Part shown: positions 52,207 to 62,127 of the stretch, piece after piece
Layout: each line of letters starts with the position of its first letter
Numbering within the stretch: the stretch's first letter is position 1
Origin: Deltaproteobacteria bacterium RBG_16_64_85
GTDB lineage: Bacteria > Desulfobacterota > Deferrimicrobia > Deferrimicrobiales > Deferrimicrobiaceae
NCBI GenBank assembly: GCA_001798885.1
Contig: MGQW01000086.1
Coordinates: 7,079 to 71,078 of the forward strand
Length of the DNA: 64,000 nucleotides
Reading direction: 5' to 3'
Notes under the pieces: model-generated
What the model was told of the DNA's origin: nothing
The model's input: only the letters and a program-made list of their open reading frames with translations
Databases searched by the model: none
Translations under genes and position numbers: made by a program

Positions 52207-53163
52207 GTGGACCGAAATCTGGCGCTGGAAGTGGTCCGGGTAACGGAAGCGGCGGCGCTGGCGGCCGCCCGGTTGATGGGACGGGGAGACAACGTCGCAG
52301 CGGACGAGGCGGCGGTGACCGCCATGAGGAAGGCCTTGAACTTCGTCCAGTTCAAGGGGCGCGTGGTGATCGGGGAAGGGGAGCGCGACGAGGCTCCCAT
52401 GCTCTACATCGGCGAGGAGGTCGGGGCCTCCGACTCCCCCCGCGTCGACATCGCGGTGGACCCCCTGGAGGGGACGAGCATCGTCGCCACGGGCGGCAAC
52501 AACGCCCTTGCCGTCATCGCGATCGCGGAAGAGGGCGGGTTCCTCCACGCCCCGGACACCTACATGCAGAAAATAGCGGTCGGTCCGAAGGCAAAGGGCT
52601 CCATCGACATCCTGGCTTCTCCCACGGAGAACCTCCGCAGCATCGCCAAGGCGCTCCGGAAATACGTGGAGGACCTCTGCGTCATCATCCTCGATCGGCC
52701 CCGCCACCAGGAGCTCATCCGGGAGTGCCGGGAATCCGGCGCGCGGATCAAGCTGATCGGCGACGGCGACGTGGCGGGCGCCATCGCAACGGCGAAGGAA
52801 GAATCGGGGGTCGACGTGCTGATGGGAATCGGCGGAGCGCCGGAAGGCGTGCTCGCGGCAGCCGCGCTGAAATGCATCGACGGGGACTTCCAGGGGATCC
52901 TCAAGTTCCGCAACAAGGAGGAGGCCGAGCGGGCGAAGGCGATGGGCGTGGACGACCCGAACCGGGTCTACCGGATGGACGAACTCGCCCGTACCGAAGT
53001 GATGTTCGCCGCAACCGGGGTGACCTTCGGGGATTTCCTGAAAGGCGTCCGGTTCTTCAGCGGGGGGGCGCACACGCAATCGATCGTGATGCGCTCTAAA
53101 TCGAAGACCCTCCGGACCATCGATACGACCCACTTCTTCGAACTCAAGCCGAAGTACGATTGA
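52207..53163 (+). CDS. glpX: Fructose-1,6-bisphosphatase class II
   Basis: RVTEAAA, VIGEGERDEAPMLYIGE, DIAVDPLEGT, DRPRH, DGDV, GGAPEGV. Confidence 0.97.
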   Translation: MDRNLALEVVRVTEAAALAAARLMGRGDNVAADEAAVTAMRKALNFVQFKGRVVIGEGERDEAPMLYIGEEVGASDSPRVDIAVDPLEGTSIVATGGNNALAVIAIAEEGGFLHAPDTYMQKIAVGPKAKGSIDILASPTENLRSIAKALRKYVEDLCVIILDRPRHQELIRECRESGARIKLIGDGDVAGAIATAKEESGVDVLMGIGGAPEGVLAAAALKCIDGDFQGILKFRNKEEAERAKAMGVDDPNRVYRMDELARTEVMFAATGVTFGDFLKGVRFFSGGAHTQSIVMRSKSKTLRTIDTTHFFELKPKYD

Positions 53164-53166
53164 TCG

Positions 53167-53379
53167 ATGGACGCTACGGGGCGCATTGAAATCGACTTCA
53201 AGCGGTGCAAGGCCTGCGAGCTGTGCGTGCCCGCCTGCCCGACGAACTGCATCGAGATCGGCGTGAAGATCAACCCGCAGGGCTACGCGGCCGCGGTCTT
53301 CGCAAGGCCAGAGGACTGCACGGGGTGCGTGATCTGCGCGGAGGCCTGCCCGGACGTGTGCATCGAGGTTTGGCGATGA
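53167..53379 (+). CDS. 2x[4Fe-4S] ferredoxin (delta subunit of 2-oxoacid:ferredoxin oxidoreductase)
   Basis: [12 protein letters not shown] and [13 protein letters not shown]. Confidence 0.93.
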   Translation: MDATGRIEIDFKRCKACELCVPACPTNCIEIGVKINPQGYAAAVFARPEDCTGCVICAEACPDVCIEVWR

Positions 53380-54452
53380 GCCTGGCGACGGCCGCCGCGC
53401 ACCGCCTCCTGATGAAAGGGAACGAGGCGATCTGCGTCGGCGCAATCGCCGCGGGGTGCCGGTTCTACTACGGCTATCCGATCACCCCGCAGAACGACAT
53501 CCCCGAATATATGTCCGCCCACCTGCCGCCGATCGGGGGGACCTTCCTCCAGGCGGAGAGCGAGATCGCCACGATCAACTTCATCCTGGGGACCTCGGCT
53601 TCGGGAAAGCGGGTGATGACCTCTTCTTCGGGGCCCGGGATTTCGCTGATGCAGGAGGGGCTCTCCTACATGGCCGGATCGGAGCTGCCCGCCGTCATCG
53701 TCAATATCTCGCGGTCCGGACCCGGGCTGGGCGGGATCGCCCCGTCGCAGGGCGACTACTTCCAGGCGGTCAAGTGCGGCGGCCACGGGGGGTACCGGAT
53801 GCCCGTCCTGGCGCCGCATTCGGTCCAGGAGATGTACTCCCTGACGATGCTCGCCTTCGACCTCGCCGACAAGTACCGGAATCCCGCCATGATCCTCGGG
53901 GACGCGATCGTGGGACAGATGAAGGAGCCTTTCGAGACGATCCCGTACGTACCGGGCGTTTCCCTGGAGAAGCCCTGGGCGTTGACCGGTTGCGAGGGCC
54001 GTCCGAGGAAGCACCTCAAATCGCTGTATCTCAAGGACAACGCGATCGAGATCCACAACTGGAAGCTCCACCGGAAATACCTGCGGATGCAGGAAGAGGA
54101 GGTTCGCTACGAGGACTACCGCCTCGACGGAGCGAAGATCGCGATCGTCGCCTTCGGGACCGCTGCGCGGGTGAGCAAGACCGCCATCCAGTGGGCCCGG
54201 AAGGAAGGGATCGCGGTCGGCATGCTGCGGCCGGTCACCCTGTTTCCCTTCCCCTCCGCCCGGGTCGATGCGGTCGCCAGGCTCGCGGACGTCGTGCTGG
54301 TGATCGAGATGAACACCGGGCAGATGCTGGAAGACGTGAAGGTCAGTACGACGTTTCACGACAAGGTCCGGTTCCTCGGAAAGCCCTGCGCAATGCCTAC
54401 TCCCGAGGAGATCCACGGGGAGATCCGGAGACTGGCGGGAAGGGCGGCATGA
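53376..54452 (+). CDS. 2-oxoacid:ferredoxin oxidoreductase alpha subunit (VorB-like, branched-chain type)
   Basis: [47 protein letters not shown]. Confidence 0.9.
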   Translation: MSLATAAAHRLLMKGNEAICVGAIAAGCRFYYGYPITPQNDIPEYMSAHLPPIGGTFLQAESEIATINFILGTSASGKRVMTSSSGPGISLMQEGLSYMAGSELPAVIVNISRSGPGLGGIAPSQGDYFQAVKCGGHGGYRMPVLAPHSVQEMYSLTMLAFDLADKYRNPAMILGDAIVGQMKEPFETIPYVPGVSLEKPWALTGCEGRPRKHLKSLYLKDNAIEIHNWKLHRKYLRMQEEEVRYEDYRLDGAKIAIVAFGTAARVSKTAIQWARKEGIAVGMLRPVTLFPFPSARVDAVARLADVVLVIEMNTGQMLEDVKVSTTFHDKVRFLGKPCAMPTPEEIHGEIRRLAGRAA

Positions 54453-55228
54453 CGACGGAAGGCAAGGATCGCTTCGAGAAGCAGGTGTTCTCCCGGCCGA
54501 AGAGCCTGGTAAACGTGAAAACCCACTTCTGCCCCGGCTGCCACCACGGGATCGCGCACCGGATCGTGGCCGCGACAATCGACCATTTCGGGCTGCGGGA
54601 AAAAACGATCGGCGTTGCCTGCGTTGGGTGCTCGGTGTTTTTGTACGACTACATCGACGTCGACGTGGCGGAAGCCCCCCACGGACGCGCGCCGGCGGTG
54701 GCCACGGGCGTCAAGCGGGCCCAGCCGGACAAGTTCGTCTTCACCTACCAGGGGGACGGCGATCTCGCAGCCATCGGGACCTCCGAGGTCATCCATGCCG
54801 CGAACCGCGGGGAGAACATCACCGTCATCTTCGTCAACAACACGACATACGGGATGACGGGCGGACAGATGGCCCCAACGACGATGCTCGGCCAGAAGAC
54901 ATCCACTTCCCCCTACGGGCGTGACTTCCGGAAAGACGGCTATCCGATCAAGATGGCCGAGCTGCTGGCCCCCCTGGAAGGGACGGCCTACTCGGCGCGG
55001 GTGGCGACCAGCACGCCGGCGCAGATCCGCAAGGCCAAGGAGGCGGTGAAAAAAGCGTTCGACATGCAGCTCAAGGAGATGGGGTTCTCGATCGTGGAGT
55101 TCCTCTCCACCTGCCCGACGAACTGGGGAATGAAGCCCGTCGACGCCCAGAAGCGGGTCCTCGGGGAGATGTCGGAATATTTCCCGCTGGGCGTGTTCAA
55201 GGAACGCAAGCAGGCGGATTTCGTATGA
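54449..55228 (+). CDS. 2-oxoacid:ferredoxin oxidoreductase beta subunit (TPP binding)
   Basis: [52 protein letters not shown]. Confidence 0.92.
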   Translation: MTTEGKDRFEKQVFSRPKSLVNVKTHFCPGCHHGIAHRIVAATIDHFGLREKTIGVACVGCSVFLYDYIDVDVAEAPHGRAPAVATGVKRAQPDKFVFTYQGDGDLAAIGTSEVIHAANRGENITVIFVNNTTYGMTGGQMAPTTMLGQKTSTSPYGRDFRKDGYPIKMAELLAPLEGTAYSARVATSTPAQIRKAKEAVKKAFDMQLKEMGFSIVEFLSTCPTNWGMKPVDAQKRVLGEMSEYFPLGVFKERKQADFV

Positions 55229-55776
55229 ACACCGACGTCATCATGGCGGGGTTCGGAGGCCAGGGGATTCTCATGATCGGGAATCTCCTGTCCATCGCGG
55301 CGATGGAGGAGGGGAAGCACGTCACCTATTTCCCCGCCTACGGGGTCGAGATGCGCGGGGGGACCGCCAATTGCACGGTCGTCATCTCCGACGAGGAGAT
55401 CGGGTCCCCCGTGGTGGGGCGCCCGAAAGCATGCGTCATCATGAACGGCCCGTCGCTGGAGAAGTATCTCCCGATGCTCCAGGAGGGAGGCGACCTGGTG
55501 ATCAACCGATCGCTGGTCGATCCGGCGAAGGTCGGCCGCGGCGACCTGCGGCTGCTGTCGATCCCGGCCAACGACATCGCGCGGGAGGTCGTCGGGAGCC
55601 AGCAGCTGGCCTCGATGGTGGCCTTGGGGGCCTACGTGACGGTCGCCGGTGTGGTCCGGATGCAGACGCTGTTCGACTGCCTCCCAAAGGTCATCTCGAA
55701 AAAATACGAGAAGTTCATCCCGCTCAACGTCAACGCCCTGAAGGAGGGAGAATCCTTTGCCCGACATCACCCGTGA
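55225..55776 (+). CDS. 2-oxoacid:ferredoxin oxidoreductase gamma subunit
   Basis: [31 protein letters not shown]. Confidence 0.92.
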   Translation: MNTDVIMAGFGGQGILMIGNLLSIAAMEEGKHVTYFPAYGVEMRGGTANCTVVISDEEIGSPVVGRPKACVIMNGPSLEKYLPMLQEGGDLVINRSLVDPAKVGRGDLRLLSIPANDIAREVVGSQQLASMVALGAYVTVAGVVRMQTLFDCLPKVISKKYEKFIPLNVNALKEGESFARHHP

Positions 55777-56410
55777 CGAATCGTTGGACGACCTGCTTTC
55801 CAAGATCGCAGAGGAGTCGGGTGACTGGGGACCGGCCGCCGGGGATCCGGAGGTACAGGTAGGCGACCACATCCGGGAGTTCCGGGAATCCAGGGGCCTC
55901 TCCCTCCAGCAGCTGGCGGAAAAGACGGGGTTCTCGACGGCGTTGCTGTCGCAGATCGAGAACCGCATGACCTCCCCCCCTCTGGGAACGCTGGTGAAAA
56001 TCGCCAATGCCCTCGACACCTACGTTTCCTCCTTCATCGGCAAGGAGGAGCGGGAATTCTCGATCGTCCGGAAACAGGACCGGACGACCGTCTCCCGGGT
56101 GGGGTTGAAGGATGGAGGCCAATCGGCCTACACCTACGAGGCGCTCGGCGCCGGGAAGGCCGGCCGGAAGATGGAGCCGTTCCTGGTACGCCTGAAACCG
56201 CTGATCGACCGGAACGTGGTGCGGAACTCCCACGAAGGGGAGGAGTTCCTCTACGTCCTTTCCGGACGGGTGGAGGTCTTCCTGGACAAATATTCCGACC
56301 TGCTCGGCGAGGGGGACTGCATCTACTACAATTCCACGATCCCGCACCACGTCCACTCGGCCGAGGAGAAGGAAGCGCTGATCCTCGCGGTTCTCTACCA
56401 GGGCAAGTGA
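55757..56410 (+). CDS. XRE-family HTH plus cupin transcriptional regulator
   Basis: LSLQQLAEKTGFSTALLSQIEN...PPLGTL; cupin MEPFLV, HEGEEFLYVLSG, GDCIYYNSTIPH. Confidence 0.93.
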   Translation: MPDITRDESLDDLLSKIAEESGDWGPAAGDPEVQVGDHIREFRESRGLSLQQLAEKTGFSTALLSQIENRMTSPPLGTLVKIANALDTYVSSFIGKEEREFSIVRKQDRTTVSRVGLKDGGQSAYTYEALGAGKAGRKMEPFLVRLKPLIDRNVVRNSHEGEEFLYVLSGRVEVFLDKYSDLLGEGDCIYYNSTIPHHVHSAEEKEALILAVLYQGK

Positions 56411-56416
56411 GGGGCC

Positions 56417-57469
56417 GTGGGCGCGGCGGACGGCGCGCTCCGATTTGCGAGACGGACCTCAGAGGACCCCGCGCGCGCGGCATCCCGCTGGAAAGCCCTG
56501 ACTGGGCGCAAGGCCGTCGGCTGTCTCCCTCTTTTTATCCCGGAAGAGATCCTTCACGCCGCGGGGATGCTCCCCGTAACGGTCTGGGGGGATGAATACG
56601 GAGATTCTCCCGCCTCCTGGGAAGTTCTCGACGGCTGGGTCTTCCCTCCCGTTCCGGGCCTCCCTGCGGAGCCCGAAAGATTCCTGACCGAGATGGCTTC
56701 CGGACAGCCGCAGGTTTCCCTTCGCTTCACACCCAGGAGCATGAAAGTCCCTTCGACGGAGGAGACGCTCGATCAGGTCGAGCGGCTTCGCGAGTGGGCC
56801 GGTGAAATCTCGGGAAGGCCGGCCTCCGACGGGGCGCTTTCGAAGTCCATCTCCATCTTCAACGAAAACCGGGGGTTCATCTCCTTGCTGGAAGGAAGGC
56901 TGGCGGCATCTCCAGGAGCCTATTCGGCCCTCGAGGTTTTCTGGTTGCTGCGCTCCGCGATGGCGCTGCCCAGGGAGGCGCACACCTTGCTGCTTCGGGC
57001 CGCGCTTTCCCGCGATCCGGCGCCGGCGCGGCATTTTCGGGCCAGGCTCTTCCTGGGAGGAAGGATGGCACCCCGGCCCGTCATGGAGGCCATCGACAGT
57101 GCGGGGGGGGTCCTGGTTGGAGATGACCTCGACGCGGGGCACCGAAACAATGAAGCGATGGCCGATGAAAGGGGGGATCCTCTGCTTTCGCTTTCACGCC
57201 GCTTGAGGGCCCAAATTCTCGGGAAGACGGAGACGGAAGTGGAGCCTTCGTGGGCTGTCCGCGTGCTTACGCGAATCGAGGCATCCGGAGCGGACCGGTT
57301 CCTTTACCTCGCGACAGGCTCGGCCGCTTTCCCGGAAGAGGCCGGGAAGCTTGCCGCGGAGGCCGGGAAGCGGGGTATCCCGTTTCTCTCACTGGAACTG
57401 GATTCTTCTTCGCGATTTTCGGAACGGGAAAAAGAAAAGGTCTCATCGTTCATCGCGTCGAGCGGGTAG
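56417..57469 (+). CDS. 2-hydroxyacyl-CoA dehydratase / benzoyl-CoA reductase (HgdB/BcrC) family homolog lacking Fe-S cysteines
   Basis: KAVGCLPLFIPEEILHAAGMLPV, L.KSI.IFNENR, VGDDL, GIPFLSLE; ORF intact but only one Cys. Confidence 0.7.
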   Translation: MGAADGALRFARRTSEDPARAASRWKALTGRKAVGCLPLFIPEEILHAAGMLPVTVWGDEYGDSPASWEVLDGWVFPPVPGLPAEPERFLTEMASGQPQVSLRFTPRSMKVPSTEETLDQVERLREWAGEISGRPASDGALSKSISIFNENRGFISLLEGRLAASPGAYSALEVFWLLRSAMALPREAHTLLLRAALSRDPAPARHFRARLFLGGRMAPRPVMEAIDSAGGVLVGDDLDAGHRNNEAMADERGDPLLSLSRRLRAQILGKTETEVEPSWAVRVLTRIEASGADRFLYLATGSAAFPEEAGKLAAEAGKRGIPFLSLELDSSSRFSEREKEKVSSFIASSG

Positions 57470-57500
57470 AGGAGTCTCCTGCCGAACGGGAAAATTGGGA

Positions 57501-57548
57501 TTGACACGTTTCGGGGATTTTGGATACGATCTTTGCCAGTTAACGTAA
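57501..57548 (+). promoter_or_regulatory. sigma70 promoter plus LiuR-like operator upstream of the MerR regulator
   Basis: TTGACA (57501-57506), 18 nt spacer, TACGAT (57525-57530); GTTAACGTAA at 57539-57548 resembles the LiuR ACGT-repeat motif. Confidence 0.65.
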
Positions 57549-57558
57549 GGTGGTAAAT

Positions 57559-57957
57559 ATGGGGTCCGCCGAGAGCATACCGACCTATACGATCGGCGAA
57601 CTGAGCCGGATGGTGAACCTCACCCAGAGGACCATCCGGTATTACGAAGAGATCGGCCTCCTGCACAGCGTCCGCCGGATCGAGAACGGGAAGCGCGTCT
57701 ACACGGACGACGACGTCCGGCGGCTGAAATTCATCAACCGGCTCAAGATGCTGGGACTGTCCCTCGCGGAGATGATCGAGCTGGAGAAGATCTACCGGGA
57801 GCAGCGCAACAACCGGGAAATCATCCCCAAGCTGATCGTCCTCCTGGACCAGCGGGCCGCCCAGATCGACGATCGGATCAACCAGCTGATCGCGCTCAAG
57901 AAGGAGATCCGGGAATACCAGGTGCGGCTGCGCGGGAAGCTGCCGCAGGAAACGTGA
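57559..57957 (+). CDS. MerR-family regulator (LiuR-like); alternative start 57550
   Basis: YTIGELS, RTIRYYEEIGLL, RVYTDDDVRRLKFI, LGLSLAE; no metal-binding Cys; heads an acyl-CoA operon. Confidence 0.9.
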   Translation: MGSAESIPTYTIGELSRMVNLTQRTIRYYEEIGLLHSVRRIENGKRVYTDDDVRRLKFINRLKMLGLSLAEMIELEKIYREQRNNREIIPKLIVLLDQRAAQIDDRINQLIALKKEIREYQVRLRGKLPQET

Positions 57958-57989
57958 ACCCCGGCGAACGTTCGCCCAAGGAGAACGCC

Positions 57990-59168
57990 ATGAAGGAAGT
58001 GGTCATCACCGGAGCGGCAAGGACGGCAATCGGAAGCCTCAACGGGACGATCGGGGACATTCCGGCCCCCAGGCTCGGCGCGATCTCGATTGCGGAGGCG
58101 ATTACCCGCAGCGGGATCAAGAAGGAAGACGTGGACCAGGTCATCATGGGAAATGTCCTTCCCGCCGGAGCCGGGCAGGCCCCCGCACGACAGGCCGGCA
58201 TCTACGCCGGGGTCCCGGTCTCCGCCGGCGCCATGACGATCAACAAGATGTGCGGCTCGGGCCTGAAATCCGTCATGCTGGCGGAGCAGGCGGTCGCGAC
58301 CGACGAGTTCGAAGTGATCGTCGCGGGCGGCATGGAGTCGATGACCCAGGCCCCCTACCTGCTGAAGAAAGCCCGATCGGGATACCGGCTGGGAAACGAC
58401 ACGATCTACGACCACATGATCATCGACGGGCTGTGGGACGTCTACAACAACCTCCACATGGGAAATTGCGCGGAGCTGCTGGCCAAGGAGCACCGCATCA
58501 CCCGCGAGGAACAGGACGAGTTCGCGGCATCCTCCTATAACCGGGCGCTTGCGGCGATCCGGGAAGGGAAATTCGAGAAGGAGATCGTCGGCGTCGAAAT
58601 TCCGCAGCGGAAAGGCGACCCCCTGGTGTTCAAGGTGGACGAGGAGCCTGGCCGCGGGAACGTCTCCAAGCTCTCCTCGCTGAAGCCGGTGTTCCAGAAG
58701 GACGGCACCGTCACGGCGGGGAACGCCTCGACGATCAATGACGGCGCGGCGGCGGTGGTGGTGATGTCGGCGGAGAACGCGAAACGCCGCGGAATCCGGC
58801 CGCTCGCCAGGATCCTCGGCTATTCCACGGCCTCCATGGAACCGGTGTGGTTCACCGTGGCCCCGATCGACGCCATCCGGAAGCTCCTGCAGAAGACCGG
58901 GGTCGACAAGGACAAGGTGGGGCTCTACGAGATCAACGAAGCGTTCTCCGGCGTCGCCATCGCCGCGATCCGGGGGTTGAAGCTCGACCCGGGCCGGGTC
59001 AACGTGAACGGCGGCGCGGTGTCGTTGGGACACCCGATCGGCGCATCGGGCGCACGGATCCTGACGACGCTTCTCTACGCGATGGAAGACCGGAACGAAA
59101 AGCTCGGAATCGCGTCGCTGTGCATCGGCGGCGGCGAAGCGGTCGCGATGCTGGTCGAGCGGATCTGA
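57990..59168 (+). CDS. Acetyl-CoA C-acetyltransferase (thiolase)
   Basis: [51 protein letters not shown]. Confidence 0.97.
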   Translation: MKEVVITGAARTAIGSLNGTIGDIPAPRLGAISIAEAITRSGIKKEDVDQVIMGNVLPAGAGQAPARQAGIYAGVPVSAGAMTINKMCGSGLKSVMLAEQAVATDEFEVIVAGGMESMTQAPYLLKKARSGYRLGNDTIYDHMIIDGLWDVYNNLHMGNCAELLAKEHRITREEQDEFAASSYNRALAAIREGKFEKEIVGVEIPQRKGDPLVFKVDEEPGRGNVSKLSSLKPVFQKDGTVTAGNASTINDGAAAVVVMSAENAKRRGIRPLARILGYSTASMEPVWFTVAPIDAIRKLLQKTGVDKDKVGLYEINEAFSGVAIAAIRGLKLDPGRVNVNGGAVSLGHPIGASGARILTTLLYAMEDRNEKLGIASLCIGGGEAVAMLVERI

Positions 59169-59208
59169 CGAATGCGCGGGGCTACGGCTCCACTTCGGCG
59201 TCAATCGG

Positions 59209-59271
59209 TTGTTTACCGCTGGATTCCTCGCGGGGGGCTTCCTCTCCGCTGCGGAATCCCGCGGTAAGCAA
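59209..59271. repeat. Long imperfect inverted repeat (63-nt hairpin) between thiolase and hbd
   Basis: TTGTTTACCGC/GCGGTAAGCAA, GGATTCC/GGAATCC and GCGG/CCGC arms around a CTTC loop. Confidence 0.75.
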
Positions 59272-59287
59272 TATAAAGGAGGAAGAT

Positions 59288-60145
59288 GTGGAGCTGAAGA
59301 CCATCGGAGTAGTTGGAGCGGGGCAGATGGGCGGCGGGATCGCCCAGGTAGCCCTCATGAGCGGGTTCAAGGTTCTGCTGAACGACGTATCCGACGCGTT
59401 CCTCTCGAGAGGGCGCGCCGGCATCGAGAAGGGTCTGGAGATCCTCGTCCGAAAGGAGAAGATCACCGCGGCGGACCGGGAGAAAATGCTGGGGAACCTT
59501 GTCGCCACGACGAACCTTTCCGACTTCTCCGCCTGCGACTTCGCGATCGAAGCGGCGACCGAGCGAGTCGATTTGAAACACACGCTGTTCCGGAAGCTGG
59601 ACGAAGTCGTCCCCGCGGGGAAGATCCTGGCCACCAACACATCGTCGATCTCCATCACGGGGATCGCCTCGGTGACCCGGCGGCCGGAGAAGGTCGTCGG
59701 GATGCACTTCATGAACCCCGTGCCGCTGATGAAACTGATCGAGGTCATCCGGGGCCTGCAGACGTCCCAGGAGACGTTCGACGCGACGATGGACCTCTCC
59801 CGCCGCCTCGGGAAGGAGCCGGTACCCGCCAACGACTACCCGGGGTTCGTCGCCAACCGGATCCTGATGCCGATGATCAACGAGGCCGTCTACGCGCTCA
59901 TGGAAGGGGTGGGAAAACCCGAGGACATCGACGCCATCATGCGGATGGGGGCGAACCACCCGATGGGCCCCCTGGCGCTCGCCGACCTCATCGGGCTGGA
60001 CACCTGCCTGGAGGTCCTGAAGGTGCTGCAGGAGGGGTTAGGGGATCCCAAGTACCGCCCCTGCCCGCTGCTCAAGAAGCACGTGGAGGCCGGCTACCTG
60101 GGGAAGAAGACCGGGCGCGGCTTCTATTCCTATCCGAAGGGATAA
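59288..60145 (+). CDS. hbd: 3-hydroxybutyryl-CoA dehydrogenase
   Basis: GTG start after AAAGGAGG; [51 protein letters not shown]. Confidence 0.93.
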   Translation: MELKTIGVVGAGQMGGGIAQVALMSGFKVLLNDVSDAFLSRGRAGIEKGLEILVRKEKITAADREKMLGNLVATTNLSDFSACDFAIEAATERVDLKHTLFRKLDEVVPAGKILATNTSSISITGIASVTRRPEKVVGMHFMNPVPLMKLIEVIRGLQTSQETFDATMDLSRRLGKEPVPANDYPGFVANRILMPMINEAVYALMEGVGKPEDIDAIMRMGANHPMGPLALADLIGLDTCLEVLKVLQEGLGDPKYRPCPLLKKHVEAGYLGKKTGRGFYSYPKG

Positions 60146-60156
60146 GGGAGGCAGAG

Positions 60157-60939
60157 ATGGAATACGCGAACCTCCTCGTTGCCGTATCCGACAAGATCGC
60201 GACGATCACCGTCAACCGTCCCAAGTCGCTGAACGCGCTGAACCCCGCCACGATGCGGGAGCTATCGGCCGCCTTCGAGGAGCTCGCCGCCCGGGAGGAC
60301 GCAGGGGTCGTGCTGCTCACGGGCGCGGGGGAAAAGGCGTTCGTGGCGGGCGCCGATATCTCCGAGATGCGACACTTCACCCCTGTCCAGGCCCTGGAGT
60401 TCGCGCTTTTCGGGCAGGGGGTCCTCGAGCGCATCGAGCGGCTCCCGCAGCCGGTCATCGGCGTGATCAACGGCTATGCGCTGGGAGGAGGGTGCGAGCT
60501 CGCAATGGCGTGCGACCTCCTGATCGCGGCCGACACCGCGAAGTTCGGGCAGCCCGAGGTCGGTCTCGGCATCATCCCCGGGTACGGCGGCACGCAGCGG
60601 CTCCCCCGCCTCGTGGGGCGGAACCTCGCGAAGGAGCTCGTCCTGACGGGGGAAATGATCACCGCACAGCGGGCCTATGAAATCGGCCTGGTGAACCGGG
60701 TCGTCCGGCAGCCCGAACTGATGAACGCCGCCCGCGAGGCGGCCGCGAAGATCCTCTCCAAGGGACCGGTCGCCGTTCGCGCCGCGAAGATGGCAATGAA
60801 CCGGGGCCTGGACCTCGACCTATCCAACGCGTGCGCGCTGGAGGCGAACGCCTTCGCCGTGGGCTTCTCCACCGCGGACAGCGCCGAGGGGATGACCGCC
60901 TTCCTTGCGAAGCGGAAAGCCGTCTTCACGGGCAAGTAG
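60157..60939 (+). CDS. crt: Enoyl-CoA hydratase (crotonase)
   Basis: NRPKSLNALN, AFVAGADI, NGYALGGGCELAMACD, FGQPEVGLGIIPGYGGTQRL. Confidence 0.92.
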   Translation: MEYANLLVAVSDKIATITVNRPKSLNALNPATMRELSAAFEELAAREDAGVVLLTGAGEKAFVAGADISEMRHFTPVQALEFALFGQGVLERIERLPQPVIGVINGYALGGGCELAMACDLLIAADTAKFGQPEVGLGIIPGYGGTQRLPRLVGRNLAKELVLTGEMITAQRAYEIGLVNRVVRQPELMNAAREAAAKILSKGPVAVRAAKMAMNRGLDLDLSNACALEANAFAVGFSTADSAEGMTAFLAKRKAVFTGK

Positions 60940-60979
60940 AGAAGAGAGCGCAACCAAATACCCACAGGGAGATCGCGAG

Positions 60980-62122
60980 ATGGTGTTCGACTTGACGGAA
61001 GAGCAGCGGATGATCCAGGAGATGGCGCGGAACTTCGCGCAGAAGGAGGTCCTGCCCAAGGCCGCGGAGCTGGACGAGACGGGGCGCTATCCCGGGGAGC
61101 TCGTGCGGCAGATGGCGGAGCTCGGCCTGATGGGGGTCGCCGTTCCCGAGGAGTACGGCGGCTCCGGGATGGACAACATCTGCTACGCGATCGCGATGGA
61201 AGAGATCGCGCGGGCGTGCGCCTCCACGGCGGTCATCCTGTCGGTGAACAATTCGCTGGTCTGCGATCCGCTCCTGAAGTTCGGAACGGAGGAGCAGAAG
61301 ACGAAGTACCTCGTGCCGCTGGCTTCCGGGAAAAAGCTCGGGTGTTTCGGGCTGACCGAGCCGGGGGCGGGTTCCGACGCAGGCTCCCAGAAGACCACTG
61401 CCGTCCGGAACAGCGACCACTACGTCGTCAACGGGACGAAGAATTTCATCACCAACGCCCCCGAGGCAGACACCTGCATCCTCTTCGCGATGACGGACAA
61501 GGAGAAGAAGCACAAGGGGATAACAGCCTTCATCCTTGACATGAAGTTATCAGGCGTATCTATTGGTAAACATGAAAAGAAAATGGGGATAAAAGCTTCT
61601 CCTACCGCTTCCGTAATCCTGGAGGATGTAAAGATCCCTGCGGCGGACCGGCTGGGGAACGAAGGGGAAGGTTTCAAAATCGCCATGAACACGCTGGACG
61701 GGGGACGGATCGGCATCGCCGCGCAGGCCATCGGGATCGCCCGGGCATCGCTGGAGGATGCGCTTGCCTATGCGAAGGAGCGGAAGCAGTTCGGCCAGCC
61801 GATCGCCGAATTCCAGGCGATCCAGTGGATGCTGGCGGACATGGCGACCGAGATCGACGCGGCGAGGCTCCTGGCCTACCGGGCGGCGTGGCTCAAGGAC
61901 CGGAAAAGCCGGCACTCCAAGGAGTCCGCGATGGCGAAGCTGTACGCTTCGGAAACCGCCATGCGCGCCGGCGTGAAGGGGATCCAGATCCACGGAGGCT
62001 ACGGGTACATCAAGGAATACCCGGCCGAGCGGCACTTCCGGGACGCGAAGATCACCGAGATCTACGAAGGAACATCGGAAATCCAGCGTCTGGTCATTGC
62101 CTCCGCGCTTCTCAAGGATTGA
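60980..62122 (+). CDS. Short/branched-chain acyl-CoA dehydrogenase (butyryl-CoA dehydrogenase-like)
   Basis: [55 protein letters not shown]. Confidence 0.95.
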   Translation: MVFDLTEEQRMIQEMARNFAQKEVLPKAAELDETGRYPGELVRQMAELGLMGVAVPEEYGGSGMDNICYAIAMEEIARACASTAVILSVNNSLVCDPLLKFGTEEQKTKYLVPLASGKKLGCFGLTEPGAGSDAGSQKTTAVRNSDHYVVNGTKNFITNAPEADTCILFAMTDKEKKHKGITAFILDMKLSGVSIGKHEKKMGIKASPTASVILEDVKIPAADRLGNEGEGFKIAMNTLDGGRIGIAAQAIGIARASLEDALAYAKERKQFGQPIAEFQAIQWMLADMATEIDAARLLAYRAAWLKDRKSRHSKESAMAKLYASETAMRAGVKGIQIHGGYGYIKEYPAERHFRDAKITEIYEGTSEIQRLVIASALLKD

Positions 62123-62127
62123 ACGGA

